From Naegleria gruberi (taxonomy: Eukaryota): a DNA stretch of 64,000 nucleotides. The translations under genes were made by a program, and so were the position numbers. The notes beneath the pieces were generated by a model that saw only the letters and a program-made list of their open reading frames with translations, was not told where the DNA came from and made no database searches. The stretch lies in the NCBI GenBank assembly GCA_000004985.1, contig GG738869.1. One strand, 5' to 3'. Below are positions 29,457 to 39,691 of this stretch, piece after piece. Each line of letters begins with the position of its first letter. The stretch's first letter is position 1.

Positions 29457-31303
29457 ATGATGGTGGTGAATAGAAGGATATGTGTAATACAATTATTACT
29501 AATTGTTATTATTGGCTTGATTGTTTCGATAGGCTTGTTTGTAAATTGTTCAGAAGCATCAGCGTTGTTATCATCATCATCGGAATCTTTGGATAATGAA
29601 ACTTTAAGTGATAATAATCAACTTGACTGGCAATATGTTGATTCATATTTTAATAGGGAATGTAATGTTACAGCACAATGCGGAAGTCAATTGGTTTGTG
29701 TGAATGGAAGTTGTAATGCTTGCCAGGTGGATGGTGATGATGAATGTAATGATCATCCATATGTTATTTGTCAATATTCTAATGTTTCTGTGCCAATTAG
29801 AAATTCATCCATGTTTGAGAATCGTGTTATTGGATTGTGTGACACAAAATCATTGTTTCCTATTAGTGTTTGGGATATTTTGGCAACATTTTTTTCATCA
29901 TTTGGAGGTATTGCTGCTGCAGCATCTGGTGTAGGTGGTGGTGGAGTGTACGTTCCAGTTATGTTTCTCATTGGTAGATATCCAGCTCAAGTTTCAGTTG
30001 CCTTGTCAACTGTTATGATTTTCGGAGCTTCAACAAGTGTTTACTTGATGCTTATTCCTAAAAGACATCCATTTTCAAGTAGTAGACCACTCATTGATTA
30101 TCATGCTGCCTTAATTACTGAACCTATTATTTTGGCTGGATCGATTGTTGGTGTCTTTCTCAATGTTTGGTTTCCTAATTGGTTTTTGACAATTCTCCTA
30201 TTGGCCATTCTGTTATTTGTTGCATGGAGATCGATAGTTAAGGGAAGACAACAATGGAAGAAAGAAAATGAAGAAAGAAGAAAGAAAGAAGAAGCCACGA
30301 CTAAGGCAAGTGCTGCTGCTGAGGAAGATACAGCCCAAATTGTAGAGAATAAGGAAGTGGAATTGAATGAAGAAGTGAAAGAAGAAGAAGAAGCAGTTGT
30401 TGATAACTCTCAACAAGAAGTTGACCCAAATGAAACTCCAAAAGAAAATTTGGGTGAGTCATTAGTTGTGAAATCTGAAGAAAATAACAAATTATTAGAA
30501 AGGATTAAGAAATTGGAATTAGTTGCCTTCCCATCAATTTCATGGATCTTGCTGTTGATCAGTTGGGCTATTGTGTTTGTGTCATCATTCTTGAAGGGTG
30601 GTAAATCTTTCCCATCCGTAGTTGGAGTCCAGAGATGTTCTCCTGAATGTAAGTATATTGTAACAAAACCATTATAACATTTTAAAGATTGGGGAATTGT
30701 TGGATCTTCATTTCCACTTTTATTAATCATGTCAGGAATTGCAGCCATTTTCTTGAGATATTTGCACCACAAGAAGGTTCAATCAAATTATGAATTCTTA
30801 GAGGGAGATATCAAGTGGACCACAAAATATGTCACTCTCATTCCTCTCATCTTTTTCACAGCTGGTCTAGTTGCCGGTTTATTAGGTATTGGTGGAGGTC
30901 TTGTCGTTGGTCCATTGCTTCTTGAAATGGGAGTCAATCCACTTGTCAGCGTTGCTACATCAAGCTTTACAGTCTTACTGACTGGGTCCTCAACTGCCAT
31001 TCAATTCTTAATTATGGGAGTGGTTTCTTGGGACTATTTCATTTGGTATTTTGTTGCAGGTATTTTGGTATGTTTTCTATTTTCATTTGCTAACTAAGTT
31101 TTCTTTTGTACAAATAGAGTGGTACTGCTGGTCAAATTGTTGTTGCTCTTATTATGAAGAAATTTGGTAGACCAAGTATTATTGTATTCATTATTGCTTT
31201 ATTTATTGCCATCTCCTCTGTACTGACTGGAGCTATGGGAATTACATCATTAGTTACCACTTTAACTAAGGGTGGTAATTTAGGATTTAACAATATTTGT
31301 TAA
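29457..31303 (+). CDS. TauE/SafE-family (DUF81) membrane transporter with an N-terminal Cys-rich luminal domain. Exons 29457-30648, 30688-31067 and 31118-31303.
   Basis: Signal and Cys-rich N-terminus. Two TauE half-domains carry the glycine motifs GGIAAAASGVGGGGVYVP and LLGIGGGLVVGPLLL, separated by a charged loop. Introns are 30649-30687 (39 nt) and 31068-31117 (50 nt), and splicing preserves the frame. Confidence 0.75.
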
Positions 31304-31324
31304 TAAATTATATTCGAAAATATT

Positions 31325-33178
31325 TTACAAATTCTCATTCAAGAGTTCCAAAAGTGGATTGGTAAAACACATATCATTATCAATACATCTAACAAGTCTC
31401 TCGTCAGTTAACAAAAAGGTATGAACTCTCATACATAAAAAGCCAAACAATCCAACAAAAGTATAGTCATCTATTGCCGAAGAAGCATCCTTTCCCAAAA
31501 TTTGGTTCTTGAATTGTGGATCGACAGTAGCTATCCTCTCGAAATCATTCTGCGAGAAATCAATCAGAATTGACTTGTCCTTTTGATTAATTAATTTGAA
31601 AGTTATTGATCTGGAATGATAACCTTGAACATCTGACAGATTTGCCTCCACTATTAATTTGGAATTTTCACATTGTAGAGTTGCCTCCGTAAAACTTCTC
31701 GATTGAGTAACATACTCTCCAATAGTAACAAAGAATCCAGTGGAATTTTCAGTTTTGAGTATAGTGGATTTGATAATTTCTACATAACCTAAAAAATCCT
31801 CAGATACGTCAGTACCAAAATTGGATTTCGAGCAAACATCTAAAACAATCCTTCTCAAAGAAACTAGGTCCATATAGATTTGTGAAATGCTCTTGTTTTG
31901 ATGACAACATTTGGAAAGTAAACCATCCATAAAGATTTTCCCTGATTTTTCCTGCTCTAAATTAATTTCGTCTCCTTCATAATTAAATAGTCTCATTGGT
32001 TCGTCCTCTTCATCTTCTTCATCTTCTTCATCATCCTCATCTCTTTCACCTTCTTCATCATCCTCAATTTCATCATCTTCCAATAAATTACCAGAAAAGA
32101 CAGCACAGGTCTTGATTCTTTCCCACAAAGAAGCATTTTCATAATTAGTTCTTTTTAAAAACGAGTTGGAACACAACATCATGAATGAAATAAATTGTTC
32201 ATAATTCCAGTTACTAGGAAGTTCACAAGTCTTGATCAATTTTGTAATCTTACTCTTCTTTGTGTACCCTTCACCACTTGGATCTCTGTAAAACATATAT
32301 TCCATTAGAGGTATAGTTTTGTTTGAACCTTCTTCTCTCATGAGCATGTAGTAACTCTCATCCATAGTCCCTTCTCTACCGTTCATTCCAACACAGTTAG
32401 CTTGATACAAGTACACATAGGATGGTTTAGATTTTGAACTGTTAGATTTCTTCTTGATTCGGATTTCACAGGCAGAACCTTCACTATATTCCAATGTACC
32501 AGCCACCCATTCTGTGTATTTTACAGCTCCACTTTTGAATAGATTGACATATTCATCATTCTTCACAAGTTCCTCAAAATTCAAATCTTCTCCATCAATG
32601 AAATAGTTCTTGAAAGGATTTACTCTATCCTCCAACAGATGCTTTGAACACACCTGAGCATTTCTAATCTCTCCTTGAAGTCTTGTCAAACATCCACTCA
32701 AATTGTAAAGTATTTTCCTACTTCTCATTGAACTGGCCTCCTCCTTCTTCATTTCTCTACAAAATCTTTCAAAATTCAACATTACTTGAAAAGCATACCA
32801 AGGACATGCTCTTTCTCCCAATTCATCATCACTCCACAAGGCCAATTCTTCATTCATTCCACAATTTACCAATCTAAATCTCAACTGATCCTCAAACTCC
32901 AAATATTCATATACATTTCTCAACACGATCGTATTCAACCACTCATGATCATTTCTCTTCCGATGATCAGCAGCATCATTACCAACATTTACCTTCTTCT
33001 TCTTCTTGGCGCTCTCCAAATAATAACCATCATCAAGAGTTCGATAGATTTGTATCGGATTTTCTGGTGGTTCGTATAATCTCTTGACTGCTCTATTGGG
33101 AATTGGTTCTCCTAGGCCAAGTCCTTTTCCTCCCTTTCCTCTTCCAAGGGAGATGGTTGGATCATTGTTTGTTGACAT
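31325..33178 (-). CDS. hypothetical protein with an N-terminal histone-H4-tail-like motif and an internal poly-acidic tract
   Basis: First ATG at 33178; the track's TTG start is at 33187. Residues 12-21 are GRGKGGKGLG (33116-33145), identical to H4 residues 2-11. There is an acidic run EDDEIEDDEEGERDEDDEEDEEDEEDE near 31990-32070. The rest is unrecognised. Confidence 0.5.
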   Translation of the reverse strand: MSTNNDPTISLGRGKGGKGLGLGEPIPNRAVKRLYEPPENPIQIYRTLDDGYYLESAKKKKKVNVGNDAADHRKRNDHEWLNTIVLRNVYEYLEFEDQLRFRLVNCGMNEELALWSDDELGERACPWYAFQVMLNFERFCREMKKEEASSMRSRKILYNLSGCLTRLQGEIRNAQVCSKHLLEDRVNPFKNYFIDGEDLNFEELVKNDEYVNLFKSGAVKYTEWVAGTLEYSEGSACEIRIKKKSNSSKSKPSYVYLYQANCVGMNGREGTMDESYYMLMREEGSNKTIPLMEYMFYRDPSGEGYTKKSKITKLIKTCELPSNWNYEQFISFMMLCSNSFLKRTNYENASLWERIKTCAVFSGNLLEDDEIEDDEEGERDEDDEEDEEDEEDEPMRLFNYEGDEINLEQEKSGKIFMDGLLSKCCHQNKSISQIYMDLVSLRRIVLDVCSKSNFGTDVSEDFLGYVEIIKSTILKTENSTGFFVTIGEYVTQSRSFTEATLQCENSKLIVEANLSDVQGYHSRSITFKLINQKDKSILIDFSQNDFERIATVDPQFKNQILGKDASSAIDDYTFVGLFGFLCMRVHTFLLTDERLVRCIDNDMCFTNPLLELLNENL

Positions 33179-33844
33179 TTTTTTCAAAGTGTTAAGTTTT
33201 GGCGGTTTCAGTTTTCGCGCCTTTTTGTCATTGTTAAGCTGTTACTACAGACAAAATTCCAGTTTTTTAAAGAAAATACTATCAATACCAACCTTTCTCA
33301 TTAAAAAAGTTGTCAAAGAGAGAAGAACAAATTTATTAGTATATTTAACAAACTAACAAACCTTGACCTTTCAGAAAACGGGATTGAGAGTTGTGAATCG
33401 ATTGAGGAGTTGAAGCAATTGACATATCTCAATTAATGGAATTGATGATGAAAACGTTGGTTAAATTAGTCAATCTCAATATTTCATTTAATGATATAGG
33501 AGATAACGGGGCTGAACAGATCAGTGGTATAGAAAAATTGACACACCTTGAGATTCGTGGTTGTGAAATATTTTTGATGAAATGCAAGGAACGAGAATCT
33601 ATTAAATTAAGCTAAACATTTAATATAGTTCAGTAATATCTACTATCATGGAGTCATTTAAGAGAATTTACAAAGAATGGCAACAATACAATAATGGACA
33701 ACTAAACTCAAAAAGAGTTACTCAAATTCTGTGGATTTGACTGTATGGAACGTTCCTTTCACTTTGGATTTAACCACCGTATATGTTATAATAATCGCTT
33801 TGGGATTTATATTACGAATTGAGAAGTCAACAAACAAGAAAAAA

Positions 33845-34595
33845 ATGCCTAGAAGTCCTCTTAACACATTTCTGCTTTTATCTGTATTGATTGTATGTGT
33901 TAGTTGTGTGAATGTGTTGATCAATGTTAAAGATCTTCCAACAGATTCTGTAATAGAGATATCTGGTGAGAACCCAATTACCGTAATTATTCCAAGTAGA
34001 AATTACACAGCACCTGTTGGTTTAAAAATTGATGGAGCTAAAAAATTTGTGAATCATAGCTTTAGGATGTAAAATTTATTCGTTGAAGGTTTCATTGGAC
34101 AAACCTTACTACAGAGGAAATACTCCTGCTAGAACAGATATTCAAAACATTTACTTTGGATATCGTGCTAGATACAGAACATTGGACAATAGATGTATCG
34201 GTGTTGGTTCTGACTGGAGTTTGTATCCCTATGCAGATGGTGCTGAAAGTGTTTGCAATTGTTCAATGATATTCACAGTTTTCCATACAGGATTAGGATT
34301 CATCGATAATTCAACAATACCAGATGAATATTATCCCTTGACCATTAGTATCACACCAAGTTTCAAGAATTACAAAAATGAGCAATACTCCTACTGCACT
34401 GCTAACACACCTTCTTGTTCCAAACAATACTGTACATGTACTACATTGGGAGGCAACAATTTTGATGAAAATCGTTTCTTGTACCCTCCCATTAGCACAT
34501 CAACTAGTACAAGGAGTGTCTCTTCAGCTCGACCAATTTCACAAAATATTTATTTAATAGTTTTATTGATTTTCTTCATTTTGTATATTCAATAA
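33845..34595 (+). CDS. secreted, probably GPI-anchored, Cys-containing protein. Exons 33845-34048 and 34089-34595.
   Basis: N-terminal signal peptide, Ser/Thr-rich stretch and C-terminal hydrophobic tail. The two ORFs join in frame on removing 34049-34088 (40 nt, GTGAAT...TTGAAG). Confidence 0.45.
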
Positions 34596-35161
34596 ATTAT
34601 ACAGTCTATCCTTTAGTGCAATTACAATATCATTACTGAAATAGTTTGGGCCTAAACCATAACCATCAATATTAAGGCATTTCAATACAAGTTACTTTAG
34701 AACCTAATGAGGAAAGGACAAGATAATAAGAAAAAGTATGTTTGATGGAACTTTATTCATTTTCGAATTAAGTATATTATTTAATAAGCATTCCATTTGA
34801 AAGGTTGGTGTAACGACCTCGTGCCTCAAGTACCTAATATCATCAAGGAGGGTGATCTTATGCATAGATTGAAGAGGCTTTATGATCAGTGTTACGTGTT
34901 GTAAACCATGCTTATTACTCTCCCGCCACCAGTGCTTCCATTCAGTTGATGGTATTTAATAGATTAAATTTAAAAAAAATATTTCCAACAATCAACAATA
35001 TAAAATTGATATGAATTAAAATACGTATTTTAAAAATTCATCATAAGCCAGGTTTGTTCCAACTATTGCAATAGTCAAGTTTTTTAAAGTACTTTTTCCT
35101 TTTAATTTAAAAGAATAACTTCGGAAATGTAACAGATACAAGAGCTATTTCAAAAAGAAAA

Positions 35162-36592
35162 ATGATCACTTCCCTACCCCATGAAATCCTTGCCAATGAA
35201 ATCTTTATTTTTCTTCCAGAATTATTTCTTTTCAAAGTTTGTTCTATATGCAAACTGTGGAGACATTTAATTATTGAAAAATTAACACAACACGGATTGA
35301 CCATTTTAAAGTACAAACAAATGGAAAATCAGTGGTCCGAAGATCAATTTAATATTTCCCTTCCGATTCATCACCTATTGATCATCAAATCACAATTTAA
35401 ATCTGCTTGTTTGGATGTGTTTTTTAAAAATGATATTTTGAGTTTTTTAACGAGATTCGAATTGATTGGAGTTCCAATAGGAAACAAACCTTTAAAGATG
35501 ATTTCAAATTGTAAATATTTGGGTCAATTGGAAAAATTGGTCATGTTGGCATGTGGGATTGGAGATGCTGGTGTGCAGTCTCTTGTTAATTCAAGTAAGA
35601 ATTTGAAATCATTGAAATATTTGGACCTTTCATGTAATGTAATTACTGACAATGGTTTGAAAATGATCTTAAATTCAGATTTTAATTTGGAAGAATTCTA
35701 CTTGACAACCAATAAGATTAAATATACAAGTATTAATGAAAGGCCAATGGAAAGTTTGAAAATTCTCCAATTGGAAGAATATTACACAGTGGAAACAGTT
35801 CATGATATGCATATGGAAATATTTTATCAAACTGGAAGGGTGCCAACAAATGTAAACACTCCCCAAGCTCAATCTCTGCATGATGTTGCACTAATGTTGC
35901 AACAACCACAGATTTTACAAGTTACTACAAGAGTTTCGTTAGAAATGCTTTTGGAGAGTGCCAAGCAAGGTTCAACACAAGCTCAGTACAGAATGGGAGG
36001 AATATATTTCGTAAAATGTGAACCAGATTATGGATTTTCTCAAAACATTGATCTAGCCATTGACTTTTTAAGGAAAGCAGCTGAAAAGAAACATCCTGAA
36101 GCGACTGCTTTGCTGTCTGTTCTTTATGAAGAAATTGGAAATTTGGAAAAGTCGTTTGAATGGTGTAAGAAAGCTTCTGAACTTGGCGATTCATCATCTA
36201 TGATAAGATTAGGATATATGTACGATAAGGGAAACGAATTTATTAAGGTAGACCACGTACTAGCATTGGAAATGTACGAAAAGGCATTGAAAATTGAAAC
36301 CTCTTCTCAAAACTATTATCTTCTTGGAAGTTTGTTTCATGAGGGAAGATGTGACAAATTTGGTAAAGTAATTATTGGACAAGATTATCAAAAAGCAATG
36401 GAATATTATCATGAATGTTTGAAACTTGAAGAAGATAACGAATGGGCAAATTATCATTTGGGTATAATGTATAAACTAGGGGAAGGTATTGATCAACCAA
36501 ATAACGAATTGGCTAAAAAGTATTTGTCGCGAGCAGCCGAGTTAGGGGATGACACAATATCAGAACAAGAATCGAATCAGAATTTGGAGTGA
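35162..36592 (+). CDS. F-box / leucine-rich-repeat / Sel1-repeat protein
   Basis: The N-terminus MITSLPHEILANEIFIFLPELFLFKVCSICKLWRHL is an F-box. LRR-like segments (LKSLKYLDLSCNVITDNGL) follow. C-terminal Sel1/TPR-like repeats (AQYRMGGIYF..., MIRLGYMYDKGN...). Confidence 0.6.
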   Translation: MITSLPHEILANEIFIFLPELFLFKVCSICKLWRHLIIEKLTQHGLTILKYKQMENQWSEDQFNISLPIHHLLIIKSQFKSACLDVFFKNDILSFLTRFELIGVPIGNKPLKMISNCKYLGQLEKLVMLACGIGDAGVQSLVNSSKNLKSLKYLDLSCNVITDNGLKMILNSDFNLEEFYLTTNKIKYTSINERPMESLKILQLEEYYTVETVHDMHMEIFYQTGRVPTNVNTPQAQSLHDVALMLQQPQILQVTTRVSLEMLLESAKQGSTQAQYRMGGIYFVKCEPDYGFSQNIDLAIDFLRKAAEKKHPEATALLSVLYEEIGNLEKSFEWCKKASELGDSSSMIRLGYMYDKGNEFIKVDHVLALEMYEKALKIETSSQNYYLLGSLFHEGRCDKFGKVIIGQDYQKAMEYYHECLKLEEDNEWANYHLGIMYKLGEGIDQPNNELAKKYLSRAAELGDDTISEQESNQNLE

Positions 36593-38163
36593 ATATAGGA
36601 CTATTTATTAGATCGGTTCTTTGTCAAATAAGCATTCTTGGTTTTTTAACAGCAAACAGTTCAGCAAAGTTCTTTTCCACAAGTTCATCAGTTTGAAGTT
36701 ATGGTCTTGTTTAGCCCTTGTTTTTGCTTCTTACTAACACGGTTAAGGAAGACTTGAATTTTCCTTTAAATCCGAAAGCATGAGGCAAAAATACATGATT
36801 TACAGTAGCATGAGGCAAAAATCAATCTTGTCTAAAATTCTTAATAAACATGAGCAAGAACATGATTTGATTAATGGCAATTAACGCACAACCCTGAATT
36901 GTTTCATTTTCTCAATTGCTCAATTCAGTCAATCTCTTCATAAATTAGATCTACAACATTTGACATCAACTAACATCAAACTCAATATCACAAGACATTA
37001 TCTCTAATACATTGAACAAGATTCAAAACATTGTAGTTCTTTCAAAAAAACTTCAAGAATCATTGTATACACTACAATGGAGTGCATGTTGTCAACTCTT
37101 ATATCTCACAAATATATGGAGGACATTTTTTCAGTTCCATTTTTGTAACATTTAGCAACAAACTAATTGAATTCACAATAGAGACTTCATGTCGTCATTC
37201 TTCACGCCTTCAACATTCCCATTTAGGCAGCTTTCGTTTATTTACTTGTAGTGGAAGATTTAAATTGGATACTTGTGGCAAAGATCTGAAACACTGTTGT
37301 GTGATATCTTTGAAAACCATCCGCTCTTAGTTGGTGCTTTCTTCATTTTTAGAATTTTTGTAAATTCTCCTTGTCGAATAGATAAACGAAAGTCAAAAGA
37401 AACGATAGATATTTAATCTGAGGATTTCCTCTTACTACGATGATATCATAGATAGTCCAACATTCAAGATCTCTTGCATATTATCCTATTGACATTTATA
37501 TTACATGTGTGTTGTATTATGAGATGAGGAAAGGTACAAATTAACTAAATATCCTATTCGGTAAGGTGTGTATCGATTACGGTTATCTTCTTGTTTTGAT
37601 AAGAAACGAACCCTATGATGTCCAGACAATATATAGAATGTGTATCTCATTGTTTGCGTGAAACCCTTCGACTTGCTTATTAGAAAGTAAACGAAACAGT
37701 GATAAAAAACAAGGTTCATGAATGAAACAGGTGCCCACACAAAGGTTAATTATGGGGCATTTATCTAAAATAACATGAACGCCTTGTTGGAAATAAAAGA
37801 TAACAGGAAAATGTGCTGCCAAACGTCAAACATCTTTTCTCACGAAGAATGAGAAAATGCAAATTGGTAACACAAGCAGAACAATCATCACTAAACAAGA
37901 TTTAAATAAAAAGAACATAAACCTAAAGAACCTGTCAGCTGCCAACACATCAACAGTGAACCATCACAACATTTCATTGGATTACCAAAAGTTTATTGTC
38001 GACTAGTTTGTGATAATATCAGCCGAATTGAAATAACATCAAAGTCTTTGACATATTCTGACATTGTTTCTAATCTCGCAACCTAAACTTGTAAGATCCA
38101 AACAAAGACGTTTCTTCCTCCTCTGCATTCAAGTTATTAGAAATCAAACTTTAAAAAAAAGAG

Positions 38164-39687
38164 ATGATACAACAATCTGCCAGCCAAATGTTATTCGAAA
38201 CAACCAACATGCATTCAAAGAATAATGCACAATTTCAACAAGCTTCCTATTCGAAAGTTCCCCCTTCCACTGCTGTACTATTAAACAATGAGACCCACAG
38301 AACTAATCGCGACAACAGTCCAGTACAGAAAGATATCAGCGACATGTCTGGGTCAACTGGACCATTTGTTTCGAATAACATTTCTAAAGAAAAATCACAA
38401 CAACCACCCATGATGTTACCAAACTTGAGAGATTTACTGAATGAATCAGCACCGCCTTCAGCACATGTTGCAGAAACCTTGTATCCACGTGTCCAGTACC
38501 AACAATCACAGCCACAGAATGGTGGCAACTTTAACTCCAGAAACTTGCATTCATACTATTCGAATACAAACAACAACATGTCTTCCAATCCCATGCATCA
38601 ACAACAATATCCAAATTTGGGTTTTGATAAAATCCCAGCTCACATTCAATCCAACTCTTCCCAACAAAATCCATTATTCGAAACATCACATGCAAGGTAT
38701 TCACCACCACATCCACAACAACATGTATACTCTACTCAACCACCACATACCATACAACCATCACCTCTTCAACAACAACATGTTTCAAGATTATCACCTC
38801 CTCATGATCCACATCCCCTCCAACCAATAACTCATCAACAACATTTAAATCAATCGTCTCCTCCACCACAACAACAACCAATGACACAACAACAACATAT
38901 AAATCCACAAGTGATTGCGAATAGAACAATTCAAGATTTGGAGAGAGAACTCGATTATCAGTCGAGGTTTATTGTAGAGTTGGAGAGGCAGAATAGTGAA
39001 TTGAGAAGGGAGTTGATGCATGTGAGACAACAACAACAGCAACAACATGTACCTTCACAGACAAGTTCTAATGGATCATCTATAGTACCAGCTGGTACTG
39101 CTCGAATGATGCCTATTCGAACAAAGAATGATCCATTCGAAACTGCCAACAAGAAGAGAAATTTTGCAGATGTTCAACCTACTACTGTAGGAGGATCTGC
39201 AGTAACGACCTATCTTACATCGAGTGTAAATGATTCAAAGAAGAGAAAGACAAGCGCATCATCACCAAGTGCGTCATCTGCATCAAATATCTTAGATTCG
39301 AATAATAATAAGGAAATTTCTATTGTTGATGAATCAGTGGACAAGTTAAATACTGCAAACATGCACAAGTATATTGTTAAATGGAAGGGCGAAACCTATG
39401 TTCTAGTCAGCATTTTCAAGAATAGAACCCAAATTCTCAATTATTACGTTCCTCTCTATCAGAGTCAGAATCCAGATAAGGTTTGCAAGATTGTGTTGAG
39501 TAATGAAGATTACAAACAACTTTCTAATGAAAACCCTGACACTGTTGAAAAGAAGAAGCATGCATGGAGAGTTTCTGTGTTTAGTTTGGATTTTTACAAT
39601 TTTGTAAAGAATTTTCAAAAGAAAAATCATCAACAGAAAGCTTCATCCTTCATTCCATTTGATGCCACAACACAAATAAATAAGTAA
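38164..39687 (+). CDS. Gln/Pro/His-rich putative nuclear regulator with a coiled-coil segment
   Basis: 507-aa ORF. Long Q/P/H-rich low-complexity N-terminal half, coiled coil IQDLERELDYQSRFIVELERQNSELRREL, C-terminal globular region (KYIVKWKGETYVLVSIF...). Upstream lies 1.5 kb without genes. Confidence 0.5.
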   Translation: MIQQSASQMLFETTNMHSKNNAQFQQASYSKVPPSTAVLLNNETHRTNRDNSPVQKDISDMSGSTGPFVSNNISKEKSQQPPMMLPNLRDLLNESAPPSAHVAETLYPRVQYQQSQPQNGGNFNSRNLHSYYSNTNNNMSSNPMHQQQYPNLGFDKIPAHIQSNSSQQNPLFETSHARYSPPHPQQHVYSTQPPHTIQPSPLQQQHVSRLSPPHDPHPLQPITHQQHLNQSSPPPQQQPMTQQQHINPQVIANRTIQDLERELDYQSRFIVELERQNSELRRELMHVRQQQQQQHVPSQTSSNGSSIVPAGTARMMPIRTKNDPFETANKKRNFADVQPTTVGGSAVTTYLTSSVNDSKKRKTSASSPSASSASNILDSNNNKEISIVDESVDKLNTANMHKYIVKWKGETYVLVSIFKNRTQILNYYVPLYQSQNPDKVCKIVLSNEDYKQLSNENPDTVEKKKHAWRVSVFSLDFYNFVKNFQKKNHQQKASSFIPFDATTQINK

Positions 39688-39691
39688 TTTG

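Noticed and set aside
34833-34897. Shine-Dalgarno-like AAGGAGG followed 8 nt later by ATG and a 14-codon ORF, in a GC-elevated patch
   Set aside because: The context is unambiguously eukaryotic, with spliceosomal introns and eukaryotic gene content. One SD-like heptamer is expected by chance in 64 kb, and no adjacent prokaryote-like genes exist.
38247-39152. Several alternate-frame and antisense ORFs inside the Q-rich gene
   Set aside because: They are generated by CAA/CCA-rich repeats and translate to His/Val/Leu-rich junk. The ATG-initiated 507-codon frame is the coherent one.
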